Source: a virus
Strand: one strand, 5' to 3'
IMG/VR virus record: IMGVR_UViG_3300025133_005514
Span: 1-64,000 of that record
DNA: 64,000 nt
Notes under the pieces: model-generated
What the model was told of the DNA's origin: nothing
The model's input: the letters and a program-made list of their open reading frames with translations, nothing else
Databases searched by the model: none
Shown: piece by piece, positions 8,095 to 17,560 of the stretch
Layout: every line of letters begins with the position of its first letter
Numbering within the stretch: the stretch's first letter is position 1
Translations under genes and position numbers: made by a program

Positions 8095-10017
8095 ATGAAG
8101 TTCGACCCCCACCAGTTGCCCCTGAAGGACGAGGACGCGCGCAAGCTTCTCGACCTGGTGATCGACGACGCAGCCACCCTCTCGGGCATGTTCAAGGACT
8201 GGGACAAGCTCATCAAGGCGTACAAGCTCGGGCCCTCCAAGGGAGCCGCCGAGGGCAGCCAGGGGATCGCCCTCATCTCCAGCGTCATCCAGTCCTTGAA
8301 GCCCTACCTCTTCAACAGCGACCCCGCCGTGTACGCGAAGGCGAAGCGCCTAACGAAGGACGGCGACGAGGACAAGCGGGCGAAGATCACTGAGGCGGCG
8401 CTGACGTACCAGTGGGACGAAGCTGGGATGCGCGACGAGGTGGACAAGCTTCTGGACGACGTCCTCATCTTCGGCGCCGCCTTCGCGCGCGTGGGTTACG
8501 AGCCCAGTGGCGAGTTCGTGCCTATCGAGGACTACGACCGCGACACGGACATCGACGACTGGGTCGATGACCCTGACGTGCAGACTCTGCGCGACCGCCT
8601 TGAGGAGCTCGGCCTGCAGCCGGACACGCCGATGGCTTGCGTGACCTTGAAGCGGTGGAGCCCGTACAACGTGGCGTTCCCGGCTGGGTACGATGAGATC
8701 GGCAAGATGCCTCGGTTTGAGTTCCGGCACCTCCTGCCCATCGACATGGTCAAAGGCTCGGACAAGTTCAGGAACACCTCGCACCTCGAGGCCAACAAGG
8801 TCATCGCCAACGACGGCAAGGGCAGGGCCGGCTCCCAGTACCAGGCGGGACGTGGTGGCAAGCCGGGTCATATCGAGGTGTGGGAGGTCTGGCACGTCGA
8901 GTACCGCAAGCGTCTGGTACTGCGCGACGGGCGCAAAGTCCGGCGCATGGTCCGCGAGATGCACGTCACCTGGCTGTGCGACCAGGCGAACAAGGAGAAG
9001 GGCTCGACCTGTACGGTCCTGAAGAACCACATCACCGCACTGGACATGGAGGGCTACCCGGTGGTGGACCTCCGCTTCGCTCGCTGCCCAGACGCCTTCT
9101 TCGGCCTGTCGTTGGCGGCTCAGGTCATGCCCATCGCGGAGTGGGTCCAAGAGCTCGTCGTCAACGGCGTCGCTGGCCTGAAGGCTGCGATGAACCTGAA
9201 GACGCTCTATAACCCCGACAAGCTCGGGGAGAACGGGAAGGCGCTGCTCGCGGCCCCCTACCCGTCGATGGTCCCTATCAAGGACAAGCTCGGGGTCGGC
9301 AACGCTGTCGCCAACCTGGTGATGCCGGCGTTCCCCCAGGAGTTCCAGGGCACCCTGGGCCTGCTCAACGCGCTCATCTCGCGCGTCTCTGGCAGCGATG
9401 AGGTGGTGCAGGGCGGTCGCTCAAGCGCGGGCTCCGCGACCGAGGTGGCGTTCCGCGCGTCGGTGCTGCAAGGGCGCAGCCAGTACAACCTGAAGACGTT
9501 TGAGGGCTTCCTTCAGCGCGCGTTGCGGAAGGTACTGCAGATCATGCAGCAGTACTTCGAGTCCGAGCGTTGGGTCCGCATCACCGGCGACGAGACGCCT
9601 GTCGCCTTCACCCGCTCTGACATCCGAGGCGAGTTCGACGTCGGCGTCCACGCTGGCAGCACGCGCCCGCGCACACCGCAGGACGAGCGCCAGGCAGTCA
9701 TCGGCTTCTTGGAGTACCTCGGCACTGCCGCGAACGCGATGCAGATGGCTGGCGTGCCGCCCGAGGTTATGGCTTCAGTGTTCGGTAAGGTCGCTGACAT
9801 CTGGGACCAGAACCTGCCCGCCCTCGTGGACTCATTCGCCTCGATGGCGAGCGGAGCTGTGGCGAGCGCCGCTCCTCCTGGGATGGCGGGTCCACCTCCT
9901 GGCGATGTCGCCTCTGGATCAGCGGTTGGTCCCGGTGGCGAGTCGCTGAACGTCCCCGCCGCCGGCCGCCTGCAGGCTGTCGCTCGGGAGGGCGGTCTTC
10001 CCCCAGGGGCTGTGTAG
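8095..10017 (+). CDS. portal protein, copy 1 (P22 gp1-like)
   Basis: Follows TerL; ~640 aa; DVLIFGAAFARVGY, SATEV, QQYF..RWVRITG, IRGEFDVGVHAGS, Pro/Gly-rich tail; GAGGAG RBS. Confidence 0.9.
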   Translation: MKFDPHQLPLKDEDARKLLDLVIDDAATLSGMFKDWDKLIKAYKLGPSKGAAEGSQGIALISSVIQSLKPYLFNSDPAVYAKAKRLTKDGDEDKRAKITEAALTYQWDEAGMRDEVDKLLDDVLIFGAAFARVGYEPSGEFVPIEDYDRDTDIDDWVDDPDVQTLRDRLEELGLQPDTPMACVTLKRWSPYNVAFPAGYDEIGKMPRFEFRHLLPIDMVKGSDKFRNTSHLEANKVIANDGKGRAGSQYQAGRGGKPGHIEVWEVWHVEYRKRLVLRDGRKVRRMVREMHVTWLCDQANKEKGSTCTVLKNHITALDMEGYPVVDLRFARCPDAFFGLSLAAQVMPIAEWVQELVVNGVAGLKAAMNLKTLYNPDKLGENGKALLAAPYPSMVPIKDKLGVGNAVANLVMPAFPQEFQGTLGLLNALISRVSGSDEVVQGGRSSAGSATEVAFRASVLQGRSQYNLKTFEGFLQRALRKVLQIMQQYFESERWVRITGDETPVAFTRSDIRGEFDVGVHAGSTRPRTPQDERQAVIGFLEYLGTAANAMQMAGVPPEVMASVFGKVADIWDQNLPALVDSFASMASGAVASAAPPGMAGPPPGDVASGSAVGPGGESLNVPAAGRLQAVAREGGLPPGAV

Positions 10018-10848
10018 GTGGCGAAGCCGCACATCGAGATTGGTGAGCTCCGCAAGTCTGGCCCCGTCGAGGTCGTGGCTGGGCGACTCTCCCAGTTGTG
10101 GCAGACACTGACCGGGGACGGGGTGAACATCAAGTCCACGGACTCGTCCCTTCCGTCGGGCGCGCTTCAGGTCTGGAAGTTCGGCCACAACGCGGCGGTG
10201 GGCACCTCCTACGAGACGATTTGGATCGTCGGCGGTCTCTACCCCTGGGGGTCGTGGAAGGCGTGGGATGACGCAACCGGCTCGGTCGTGACACTCAAGT
10301 CTACCGACGCTGCGGACACCTCCGTCGAGGTCGCGTGGGAGGGGCTCGGCGCCGACGGTGAGCTTGTCTCGGGAACGACGACGACGGACGCTGTGGACGG
10401 GACCACGGGCGTAGCGGTCGCCACCAACCTCAACCGACTACATCGCGCGTATCGAGTCACCGCCGGCACATCGACAGGCTCGCTCCAGCTCACAGTGGGT
10501 GGCACCGTCATCGCGCAGATTGAAACCGACCTCGCGGCGACCCAGTTGGGTCTGTACACCGTCCCGGCCGGGTACACCGCCTACCTCCAGAGTCTGGACA
10601 TCGCCGTGGACGACAACAGCGACGGACTCATCCAGTTGATGACTCGACCTGACGGGGACGCTTTCTACTCGCGCAGCGGGGGGCTTATGGTCAGCGGGGC
10701 GACGAGGATCAGCTACGCCAGCAGCGGATGGTCCTCGGGTCTTCCCTTTGTGGAAGGTACGGACATCGACGTGCGCGGGGTAAAGGTGTCCGGTGGCGGA
10801 TCGCCCTTGATGTCGGTCAACTTCCACCTGGTATTGGATTCAGACTGA
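10018..10848 (+). CDS. beta-rich probable virion structural protein
   Basis: KFGHNAAVGTSYETIW.GGLYPW and YTVPAGYTAYL; T/G/S-rich composition typical of phage structural proteins. Confidence 0.6.
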   Translation: MAKPHIEIGELRKSGPVEVVAGRLSQLWQTLTGDGVNIKSTDSSLPSGALQVWKFGHNAAVGTSYETIWIVGGLYPWGSWKAWDDATGSVVTLKSTDAADTSVEVAWEGLGADGELVSGTTTTDAVDGTTGVAVATNLNRLHRAYRVTAGTSTGSLQLTVGGTVIAQIETDLAATQLGLYTVPAGYTAYLQSLDIAVDDNSDGLIQLMTRPDGDAFYSRSGGLMVSGATRISYASSGWSSGLPFVEGTDIDVRGVKVSGGGSPLMSVNFHLVLDSD

Positions 10849-11162
10849 TGAACATCGACCCCAACAAAATCCTTCACGGAGCCATGGCTGCCGTGGTCGG
10901 CATCACCATCTCCTTCGTGTGGGAGGCGAACTCCCGGCTCGCCATCCTGGAGGATGACGTGGACGAGATGCTCGGCGTGGTGGAAGACCTCCACCCCCGG
11001 GGCACAGCTGCCCGTGGCGGGCCCCTCGCTCTCTTCCCCTTCGGCGGTAAGGACGACAGGTCCGAAGCCCGTCAGGAGCGGATGGAGGCCCTCAAGGAGA
11101 GAGCCCCGGTGGCTGACGATGACGACTCCGGGGATGATGACGACAGCGGAGGTTCGGAGTGA
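10848..11162 (+). CDS. membrane-anchored protein with acidic DDDDSG repeats
   Basis: N-terminal TM segment, short coiled coil, DDDDSGDDDDSG tail. Confidence 0.7.
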   Translation: MNIDPNKILHGAMAAVVGITISFVWEANSRLAILEDDVDEMLGVVEDLHPRGTAARGGPLALFPFGGKDDRSEARQERMEALKERAPVADDDDSGDDDDSGGSE

Positions 11163-11530
11163 CTGACTACACCCTCATCGTGGCCATCGGCTGCGTCATT
11201 GCCGTTGCCAGTTACGGCCTGGTAGGGCAGCTGCTCAAGCCGATGCTTCGGCTGTGGGCCCGCATGAAGGCGCGCAAGGCTGGGCGAAAGCTCTACCCGG
11301 AGGAGGTGGAGTTGTTCAAGATCATGACCCAGAGCGGTGCCGTAGTTAGCGGCGGGCTCATGGGTGCTGGGCCCATCTGGCCGGAGATGATTCCCTGGGC
11401 GATGGGTCCCTTGCTAGGGCTGGCCTTCGGCTCCCTCGCCATACCGCTCCACTCGGCTGTGAAGAAGGCGCTGCCCGAGAAGGTGGCCTCAGTCATCAGT
11501 GGCAAGAGCCCCAGAAAGTTGGACCTGTGA
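11159..11530 (+). CDS. holin-like membrane protein
   Basis: 2-3 hydrophobic segments and a basic C-terminus, within a membrane-gene cluster. Confidence 0.55.
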   Translation: MTDYTLIVAIGCVIAVASYGLVGQLLKPMLRLWARMKARKAGRKLYPEEVELFKIMTQSGAVVSGGLMGAGPIWPEMIPWAMGPLLGLAFGSLAIPLHSAVKKALPEKVASVISGKSPRKLDL

Positions 11531-11847
11531 GCCCCGATCCAATCAAGTCAGCCACCCCCTGGATGCTGGCCCTGCTGGTGGCCTGTGTCGGAATCGGGGT
11601 CGGCGTCACCTTGTTCATCCTGGGGCGTCAGGCTGAGGCTGTGGGTGCTGGCGCTGTGACGGTTGCTGCTGCTGCAAAGACCGTCCGCAAGACCAAGCGC
11701 TCCGCGAAGCAGCGGGACAAGGAGGAGCGGGCCGAGGTTGTGGACCTGCAAGAGCGGCTCGATAGCTCCAGCGCCAACGCGGACCTGGAAGCCATGCAGG
11801 AGAAGCTGAGGGCTAGGCGGGAAGGGGGCGACGATGGCGCTGCGTAG
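11527..11847 (+). CDS. membrane protein, N-terminal TM plus charged coiled coil (i-spanin-like)
   Basis: TM WMLALLVACVGIGVGVTLFIL then helical charged region; overlaps the next lipoprotein gene. Confidence 0.5.
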   Translation: MSPDPIKSATPWMLALLVACVGIGVGVTLFILGRQAEAVGAGAVTVAAAAKTVRKTKRSAKQRDKEERAEVVDLQERLDSSSANADLEAMQEKLRARREGGDDGAA

Positions 11848-12268
11848 CTTGCTGCTGGTGCTGCTGCTCTGCTCGGGGTGCGGGCACGTCGCTCACAAGG
11901 GCCCCATCTGGAGCGCCGACTTCGCACGAGTCGATGTGCCCGAGGTCCCGGCTGTGCCGGAGGATGCTCCCGAGCCTGAGATCATGATGGAGGGCAGGGA
12001 GGCTCCCTTCACAGGGATGCTGCTGTCCCCGGAGGAGTTGGACTCCCTGCTCGTGGCTGCTGAGCAGCGTGAGGTTGTTGTCGAGGCTCTCGACCTGTCT
12101 TACCGGGGCAGAGCCCTGGACAGGGAGGAGGCTGAGGCGATCGTTGCCGCCCGGGAGCTACAGCTAGCCGAGGCTCGCAAGACCCAGGGCAGGATGTTTG
12201 CCGTAGGGATGGGGGCTGGCATTGCCGGCACCATGGCGGCGGTGCTGGCTATCGTTCTGGCGAAGTGA
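11834..12268 (+). CDS. lipoprotein with C-terminal TM (spanin-like)
   Basis: MALRSLLLVLLLCSGC lipobox, Pro-rich linker, C-terminal hydrophobic helix. Confidence 0.6.
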   Translation: MALRSLLLVLLLCSGCGHVAHKGPIWSADFARVDVPEVPAVPEDAPEPEIMMEGREAPFTGMLLSPEELDSLLVAAEQREVVVEALDLSYRGRALDREEAEAIVAARELQLAEARKTQGRMFAVGMGAGIAGTMAAVLAIVLAK

Positions 12269-12456
12269 CCGACAAGGACTTCCGCTGCTGGCTCGGCTCC
12301 GGCCTGTACCTGCTGCTCATGGTCTCGGTCGTGGTGTTCCTGACCCAGGTCCAGATCCCCCCGGAGAACCGCGACATCATCGTGACGGTGATTGGCGTGA
12401 TGGCCGGAGGGGTTGGGGCTGCGGTCAGCCGGTTTGTGGGTCGGAGGCAGGAGTAG
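12265..12456 (+). CDS. small 2-TM holin-like protein
   Basis: Two TM helices joined by IPPENRDI. Confidence 0.6.
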   Translation: MTDKDFRCWLGSGLYLLLMVSVVVFLTQVQIPPENRDIIVTVIGVMAGGVGAAVSRFVGRRQE

Positions 12457-12784
12457 GGGGCAGCCGGCTAAGGCCCAGTACCTGGACCTCCTTGTCCGTC
12501 AGCTTGGAGAGCGCTGTCTCTCGGATGACGTGGTCGTCGGCGTAGTCGGGGCACATGAATACCGCCTCGGTCAGGCATTTGTGACAGGCAGCCAACTCGG
12601 AAGGCCCTCGCTCACCGAGCCCCACGAGGGGGACTCCGGTGATCCCGCACATTCCGCACTCCGTCACCCTTGCGAGATAGAGCCTGATGTCGGGCTTGTG
12701 GGGTCGTCGTCTCATATCAGCCCACCCAAACGTAGCCCTGGGAGGGCACGTCCTCTGCTCGGTCCATCCATGAAACGTGTCCAC
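12425..12784 (-). CDS. hypothetical Cys-motif protein
   Basis: CGMC...CHKC pairs; end of the leftward operon. Confidence 0.55.
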   Translation of the reverse strand: MDTFHGWTEQRTCPPRATFGWADMRRRPHKPDIRLYLARVTECGMCGITGVPLVGLGERGPSELAACHKCLTEAVFMCPDYADDHVIRETALSKLTDKEVQVLGLSRLPPTPASDPQTG

Positions 12785-12799
12785 ACCATCTCAAACCTC

Positions 12800-13033
12800 C
12801 TACGACCAAACGCGGTCGCCGCTGTACTTGTACAAACCTTCCTTCGGCTTGCTCGATCTGCGTAACCACTCTTCAAATCCACAAGCACACCGCCGCCTCC
12901 ACCATGGAGGGGCGATGGCTGTCTCGGGGTCGTAGTCTCCGAACCGCTCCCAAGCTGTATAGCGGTGCTTGGTTCCGCTAAACCTGCATGTCACGGGATG
13001 TTCTTCCAGGTCTTCCGAACAACCACGGCCCAA
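12800..13033 (-). CDS. hypothetical protein (true start probably ~12994)
   Basis: C/H/W-rich small ORF in the leftward operon. Confidence 0.45.
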   Translation of the reverse strand: MGRGCSEDLEEHPVTCRFSGTKHRYTAWERFGDYDPETAIAPPWWRRRCACGFEEWLRRSSKPKEGLYKYSGDRVWS

Positions 13034-13548
13034 ATGTTGGAAGCAGAAACCCCGAAGCCCCGAGCTAGGTCGGCCCTGCTCGCCCCCAACGCTGAAAGCC
13101 TTCGAATCGTTCTGACGTCCTTTACAGAGAGCTTGGCCCTGTGGTGCCGACGGCCGCTAGCCTCGCGACCATGCTTGGTCCGGTCTGCGGCGTTCTCTTT
13201 GTGGGTTCCCCACTTAAGGTTGGTGGCGTGGTTGTTGGACGGGTCGCCATCAAGGTGGCGGCAAATCCGTCCACCCCTGGCCTCCCCGCTGAACCCCTCC
13301 AGGACCAGGTGATGTATCTGCTTGCAGCGCCTTGTCCCACACCTGGACAGGTGGACGCGACCGTACCCCTTGACCACGTCAGGCTTCAGTGTCCTCCCAT
13401 ACCTCTTTCGCTTAATTACGGAGCCCCATCGGCCCATGGCCATAACCTCTGAGGTCAGGCTCCTCACTCGTCCGCATGATGAAACCTCGTAAAGACCAAC
13501 GTAGCCCTCCACCGGAACCCACTCTTCTGACTTGCAACAATCGGACAC
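12991..13548 (-). CDS. NUMOD4-HNH homing endonuclease
   Basis: EEWVPVEGYVGLYEVSSCGRVRS; HHLVLEGF...RHLDGDPSNNHATNLKWGTHKEN; C-terminal HTH; GGAGG RBS before GTG. Confidence 0.92.
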   Translation of the reverse strand: MSDCCKSEEWVPVEGYVGLYEVSSCGRVRSLTSEVMAMGRWGSVIKRKRYGRTLKPDVVKGYGRVHLSRCGTRRCKQIHHLVLEGFSGEARGGRICRHLDGDPSNNHATNLKWGTHKENAADRTKHGREASGRRHHRAKLSVKDVRTIRRLSALGASRADLARGFGVSASNIWAVVVRKTWKNIP

Positions 13549-13625
13549 AATCAACCTCCCGCTTCCTCTAAGGTACCACATCATTTCAGGACGATTGTGG
13601 CACCCTAGTGGAAGCGGCAGGCCAT

Positions 13626-14105
13626 CTAGACGGAGCCCTCGGCTACGGCTTCCTGTGCCTTGACCAGGGCTCGGGCTGCCGCCCCGGTGAACCGAGGCTC
13701 TTGGAAGCCGCCGGCCTTTGTCTTGACGTACATGGGGTGGATAGACTTCACCCACTGGAGCGTCGTCTTCCTCGCCACGTTGGTCCTCAGTCCAATGTGA
13801 TCAACCAGGTCCTGCATCGACAGGTTCCACGGAGCGCGCTCGCCGTCCTCCCACACGGTTCCGTCGGGACCGTTTAGGCCCTGGAGAACCTTGAGACGGA
13901 ACAACCACTCATCGAGGTTGGCCTCCTCGATAGAGCCCAGGTCTACCGACATGGTCTTCCAGATGAGGAGGTCGGTGGTCGGGTTCATCCGGGTCCACAC
14001 GCCCCCCTCACTCTTGAACCACTGGTCCCCCGGCTGCTCGGTTTCTACAGAGGTCTGCCAGACAACGGAGTCGGGCACGTCGGTCACGTTCCAGTTGAGA
14101 CTCAT
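13626..14105 (-). CDS. hypothetical phage protein
   Basis: MSLNWNVT...HIGLRTNV; tightly packed in operon. Confidence 0.7.
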   Translation of the reverse strand: MSLNWNVTDVPDSVVWQTSVETEQPGDQWFKSEGGVWTRMNPTTDLLIWKTMSVDLGSIEEANLDEWLFRLKVLQGLNGPDGTVWEDGERAPWNLSMQDLVDHIGLRTNVARKTTLQWVKSIHPMYVKTKAGGFQEPRFTGAAARALVKAQEAVAEGSV

Positions 14106-14109
14106 TCCA

Positions 14110-15165
14110 TCACCCAATCTCAAACACCGGCTCGTCCGACACCGGCTCACGCTTCTTCGGCCTGCTGCTCAGTCGGACCTTGCCGGTCTTGCTCTCGATG
14201 GACAGGGCGTCAATCTGCCACTCCCTCATCCAGGCCAGCACCAGACCGACCTCGTCCTTGAGGTAATCCATGCTGGACTCGTCCCGCTTCACCCGAGGCT
14301 TGGGCTGGGGCTTCAGGATGACCTGAGGCTCAGGCGGCAGGGGCAGCGGCCGAGACTTCATCTTGCCCACAGCCTCGTCAACCACCTTCGCCGCATCGAG
14401 TTCAGGAAGCGCCTTCTCTGGCTCCTGGGCGGGCTCCGGCTCCGAGGGCGGGGCCATACCCAGCTTGTGAGCTTCCGGCGTCACAGAGCCGTTCAGGCGG
14501 GCTCGGATATCAGCAACCCTTTCCGTCGCATCAGACAAGAGGACAGTCATCCTGTCCCAGGCCATGACACCTCGGGGCATCGGCATGGGCTCCACCGGGA
14601 CCCTCGTGACCCTGGGTCCGACGTAGTTGGCGGGGTAGGTAGTGGAGCTACCCCCACGAGGGAGACCTCCCAGGCCCTGAGCCCTACGGCGGCGAGCCAC
14701 CTGTCGGTTGATGCGCTTCGTGTCGGAAACCAGTCCGAAAGACTCGGCCGCCGAAGCAATGTCCCTTGACGTCGCATCGGGCCACGCATCCAGAGCGCCC
14801 TCAACCCACTCGGTCCAGCAGCGAAACAGCTGGGGCGGAGGGACTCGGGAGCCGGGAACGATGGCCCCGTGCTCAGCAAGCTCCTCAACCAAGGAGGCGG
14901 CACCCACAGACCGAACCAGAGTGTGGGCCTCCTTGTCGGACCTCCACCAGTCGTTGCAGACGTCGGTAGCCCGGTGGCTCGCAGCCCGAGGCACAACGAC
15001 CACCACTCGGGCCCTCTTGGGGATGCGAGTCCTCTCGTTGGGGAAGACCTGTGTGGGGTTGAAGCCAAGCTCTTTGAGCCTGTTCATGTGGGACCTGCCG
15101 TACCGCTCCTTCGCAACCACGAAGATGGAGTCCGCAGGGACTGCTCTATACATTTGCTCTCGCAC
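14110..15165 (-). CDS. hypothetical protein, N-terminal DUF2325-like alpha/beta domain
   Basis: IPKRARVVVVVPRAASH...GAASL resembles DUF2325 by eye; AAGGAG RBS; Pro-rich C-terminal half. Confidence 0.6.
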   Translation of the reverse strand: MREQMYRAVPADSIFVVAKERYGRSHMNRLKELGFNPTQVFPNERTRIPKRARVVVVVPRAASHRATDVCNDWWRSDKEAHTLVRSVGAASLVEELAEHGAIVPGSRVPPPQLFRCWTEWVEGALDAWPDATSRDIASAAESFGLVSDTKRINRQVARRRRAQGLGGLPRGGSSTTYPANYVGPRVTRVPVEPMPMPRGVMAWDRMTVLLSDATERVADIRARLNGSVTPEAHKLGMAPPSEPEPAQEPEKALPELDAAKVVDEAVGKMKSRPLPLPPEPQVILKPQPKPRVKRDESSMDYLKDEVGLVLAWMREWQIDALSIESKTGKVRLSSRPKKREPVSDEPVFEIG

Positions 15166-15307
15166 TTTTCACTCCTTCGGTTAGCCCGGATTGACCCCCT
15201 TCAAGGCAGGGGGCCCATTCACCTTCCAGATAGGCATAGCCACTGAGGCCGTTACGAATGTCCCAACCACGGGGACGGCTTACGGTGGGCTTAAGGATTC
15301 CCCGTGG

Positions 15308-15634
15308 CTACTTCGGAACCCCTTCGTCTGTGTACCTCCTTGTAAAATTCTCCCCAACGTCGGCGACGTAGGCCCATGCCGCCATCTTCGTCACCGCGTC
15401 GCTGAAGGACGTGAACTCCACACCCCCCATCTCTTCGAAGACCTCCGACTCGTTCGTCGTCCACATCAGCATCTTGTGAGCGGCGTGGGTGTAGATGACC
15501 CAATAGGAGCCGTCTGTGACCTCGTGTATGGCGTCGTAGGGGTCTGTCCCATGGTCGGAGACCATCTCCGCAGCTTCGTCAGCGTCAGTGGCGACTGAGG
15601 CCCAGTAGGACTGGGCGGTGTCTTTGTTCTCCAT
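15308..15634 (-). CDS. acidic protein resembling T7 Ocr (gp0.3) DNA mimic
   Basis: DPYDAIHEVTDG..VIY...EVFEEMG resembles Ocr DDLHDAIHMAAD..PHYY...LEFEDSG; 108 aa. Confidence 0.55.
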   Translation of the reverse strand: MENKDTAQSYWASVATDADEAAEMVSDHGTDPYDAIHEVTDGSYWVIYTHAAHKMLMWTTNESEVFEEMGGVEFTSFSDAVTKMAAWAYVADVGENFTRRYTDEGVPK

Positions 15635-15710
15635 GCCTACCTGCTGTGACTCTTGATGGTGGACCGCACCTCGGCAATGCGGTCTTGGATTTGCTGATTG
15701 ATGTTCATCT

Positions 15711-16079
15711 CTACTCCTCGTTCATCACTACGAAGCTCCAGAACTCGTCATCGACGACGTAGTTGTGGACGACGACCTCGCCGCTGCCGAAGTTGATCCC
15801 AACGGTTATGCCCTGGTCTTCGTAATAGTTGATCGACTCGATGACCCCCTCGGTTCCCACGGGGAGGCTCTGAGGAAGGCCGTCAGGCCCGTCGTCCTCG
15901 ACAGCCTCCAGGGAGACAACCCTTGCCCCAACCTTGGGCATCCTACGGTTGGCAAGCAGGAGCAAGGACTCCTCAAGCAGTTCGCAGAGCGTGTCAGGGT
16001 CACCAATGGGGGGGAGGGGGTTGTTAGCGTCCCCACCACCAAAGGCGAGAAACTCAGCGGCCTTTCTCAGGAAGCTCAT
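15711..16079 (-). CDS. acidic hypothetical protein, SH3-like C-terminal half
   Basis: KVGARV...PVGTEGVIESI...VGINF pattern; TAATG coupling. Confidence 0.65.
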   Translation of the reverse strand: MSFLRKAAEFLAFGGGDANNPLPPIGDPDTLCELLEESLLLLANRRMPKVGARVVSLEAVEDDGPDGLPQSLPVGTEGVIESINYYEDQGITVGINFGSGEVVVHNYVVDDEFWSFVVMNEE

Positions 16080-16480
16080 TACTCGCCCCCCTCGTTCATC
16101 AGGCTCAGGAAGTTCCGAGCAAGGTCCGCCAGCTTCTTGTCCGTGGCGATTCGGCCGACAAGCTTGCCGGTCTCCCCCTCCTCGTACAGTTCCTTGAGCA
16201 GCTTGATGGTGTCGTCGTCGGGCCCGATCGCTCCATACTCTCGGAGGGCGGTTATGACCGAGAGCACGGAGTCCTCAAGTAAGTAGCCCAAGAGTTCGAC
16301 GAACTCGTCGGAGTCCATCTCGGCAGCAATCGTCGCAACCGACACGTCCACCGAGTTGACGGTGATGTAATCGGTGTCGTAGGTGGCGGTTACCGTGTTG
16401 TATTCGCCGAAGCAGGTGACCTCGATTTCGACGTCGTCGGCTTCCAGGTCCACGGACTCAAGGTCGTTGAAGGTGGGCAT
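16079..16480 (-). CDS. highly acidic hypothetical protein
   Basis: AGGAG RBS; D/E-rich. Confidence 0.75.
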   Translation of the reverse strand: MPTFNDLESVDLEADDVEIEVTCFGEYNTVTATYDTDYITVNSVDVSVATIAAEMDSDEFVELLGYLLEDSVLSVITALREYGAIGPDDDTIKLLKELYEEGETGKLVGRIATDKKLADLARNFLSLMNEGGE

Positions 16481-16489
16481 CTCTATCTC

Positions 16490-16792
16490 CTATGCGTCGT
16501 GCTGTTCGTCGGGGCCGAGGCTGGATTGCCCTTCCCACACAGTCACGCTGTTGACGAAGACCTCCTGGCTCACGTCCATCCAGACACTCTCAGGAGAGTT
16601 CGTCTTGGGGAGCTTCACAAGCCAGTGGGTCCTCAGTACTCCGGGGGCAATCACAAGACTGAAGGTCAAGAGATGGTTCCCGGAAAGGTCGAGCTTCCTT
16701 AGTAGGTCGGGGACTCTTAGAGCGCGGTCGCGTCCAGTTGAATCCCTCGCCATCAGCAGAAGCCCTTTCGTGTTCGTAATCGTCGCCCTCAT
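16490..16792 (-). CDS. hypothetical protein, first gene of the leftward early operon
   Basis: AAGGA RBS just downstream of a consensus promoter. Confidence 0.65.
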   Translation of the reverse strand: MRATITNTKGLLLMARDSTGRDRALRVPDLLRKLDLSGNHLLTFSLVIAPGVLRTHWLVKLPKTNSPESVWMDVSQEVFVNSVTVWEGQSSLGPDEQHDA

Positions 16793-16818
16793 TGCCGGGC
16801 CGTCCTTTCGCTGCAACT

Positions 16819-16847
16819 AGCCTAAGCCCCGGCGTTCCGAGTGTCAA
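16819..16847 (-). promoter_or_regulatory. sigma70-type promoter, leftward
   Basis: TTGACA-17 nt-TAGGCT on the minus strand. Confidence 0.8.
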
Positions 16848-17042
16848 CCGGGAAGTTTAACTTTGTGCAAAAGCCGAGGAGTTTCGGGGGGTTGGCGGCT
16901 CGCCCGTGTACGCGACTTCCGCGAGGCGCATGTGCATATGCGTGCCTTCGCGTAGGCGCGTCGTGCCCGTGAGCGCGAGGCGATAGCCCCCCTTCCCTTC
17001 GTCTGTCCCTGCCCTCCCCGAAGGGGTGCAGCTAAAGACAAG

Positions 17043-17560
17043 GGTTAAGCGCGTTCACCTACTGCGGGTCTACCGACCGGCTCCTAGCGGGACGAAACTA
17101 GGAGCGCACGCAGAGACGGGCGTCCGACTGCGGCGGGGGCTTAGGTACCGCAGGTCTCCAGGGCGTGCGTAGCACTTAGGCAACCCCGGACGCCGCCATC
17201 ACCACTGGACCAGGGTCCTTAGTGAAGCGCTGACCAAATCATCCCGGGCTTCGGGGAGGTGGCAACCATTTGGTTTATGTGGTAACCGTGCGGATGCAAC
17301 GTCCGCAAGAGCAGTCTTGCTCCGAACCCCCCGTCCAGTCAAGGCTAGGCGGGGGGTTCGTGTATCCGGGGGTGGAGGCGGGGCCTGCGGCATAAGTTTC
17401 GAGGCCGACATAGACCTGGCCCCAGCCCGCGCGCGTGTAGTCGTGGCGCAAAGCTCGCCAAATCGGCAAAAGGGCCAAAAACGCTGGACGTCTCGGCAGT
17501 GTACGCTGATTCTCAGTTGCCCCGCCGCTCTCGCCGGATTCACCGGAGGGGGGGTTTTTT
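17043..17560 (+). ncRNA. candidate ~500-nt structured non-coding RNA, family unassigned
   Basis: Long-range stem 17043-17058/17222-17235; GCTCCTAG/CTAGGAGC; CGAACCCCCCG/CGGGGGGTTCG; TTCG and GCAA loops; ends in a GC stem plus TTTTTT. Confidence 0.5.

Noticed and set aside
17080-17105. GACGAAAC suggesting a hammerhead ribozyme
   Set aside because: No CTGANGA core in a suitable position.
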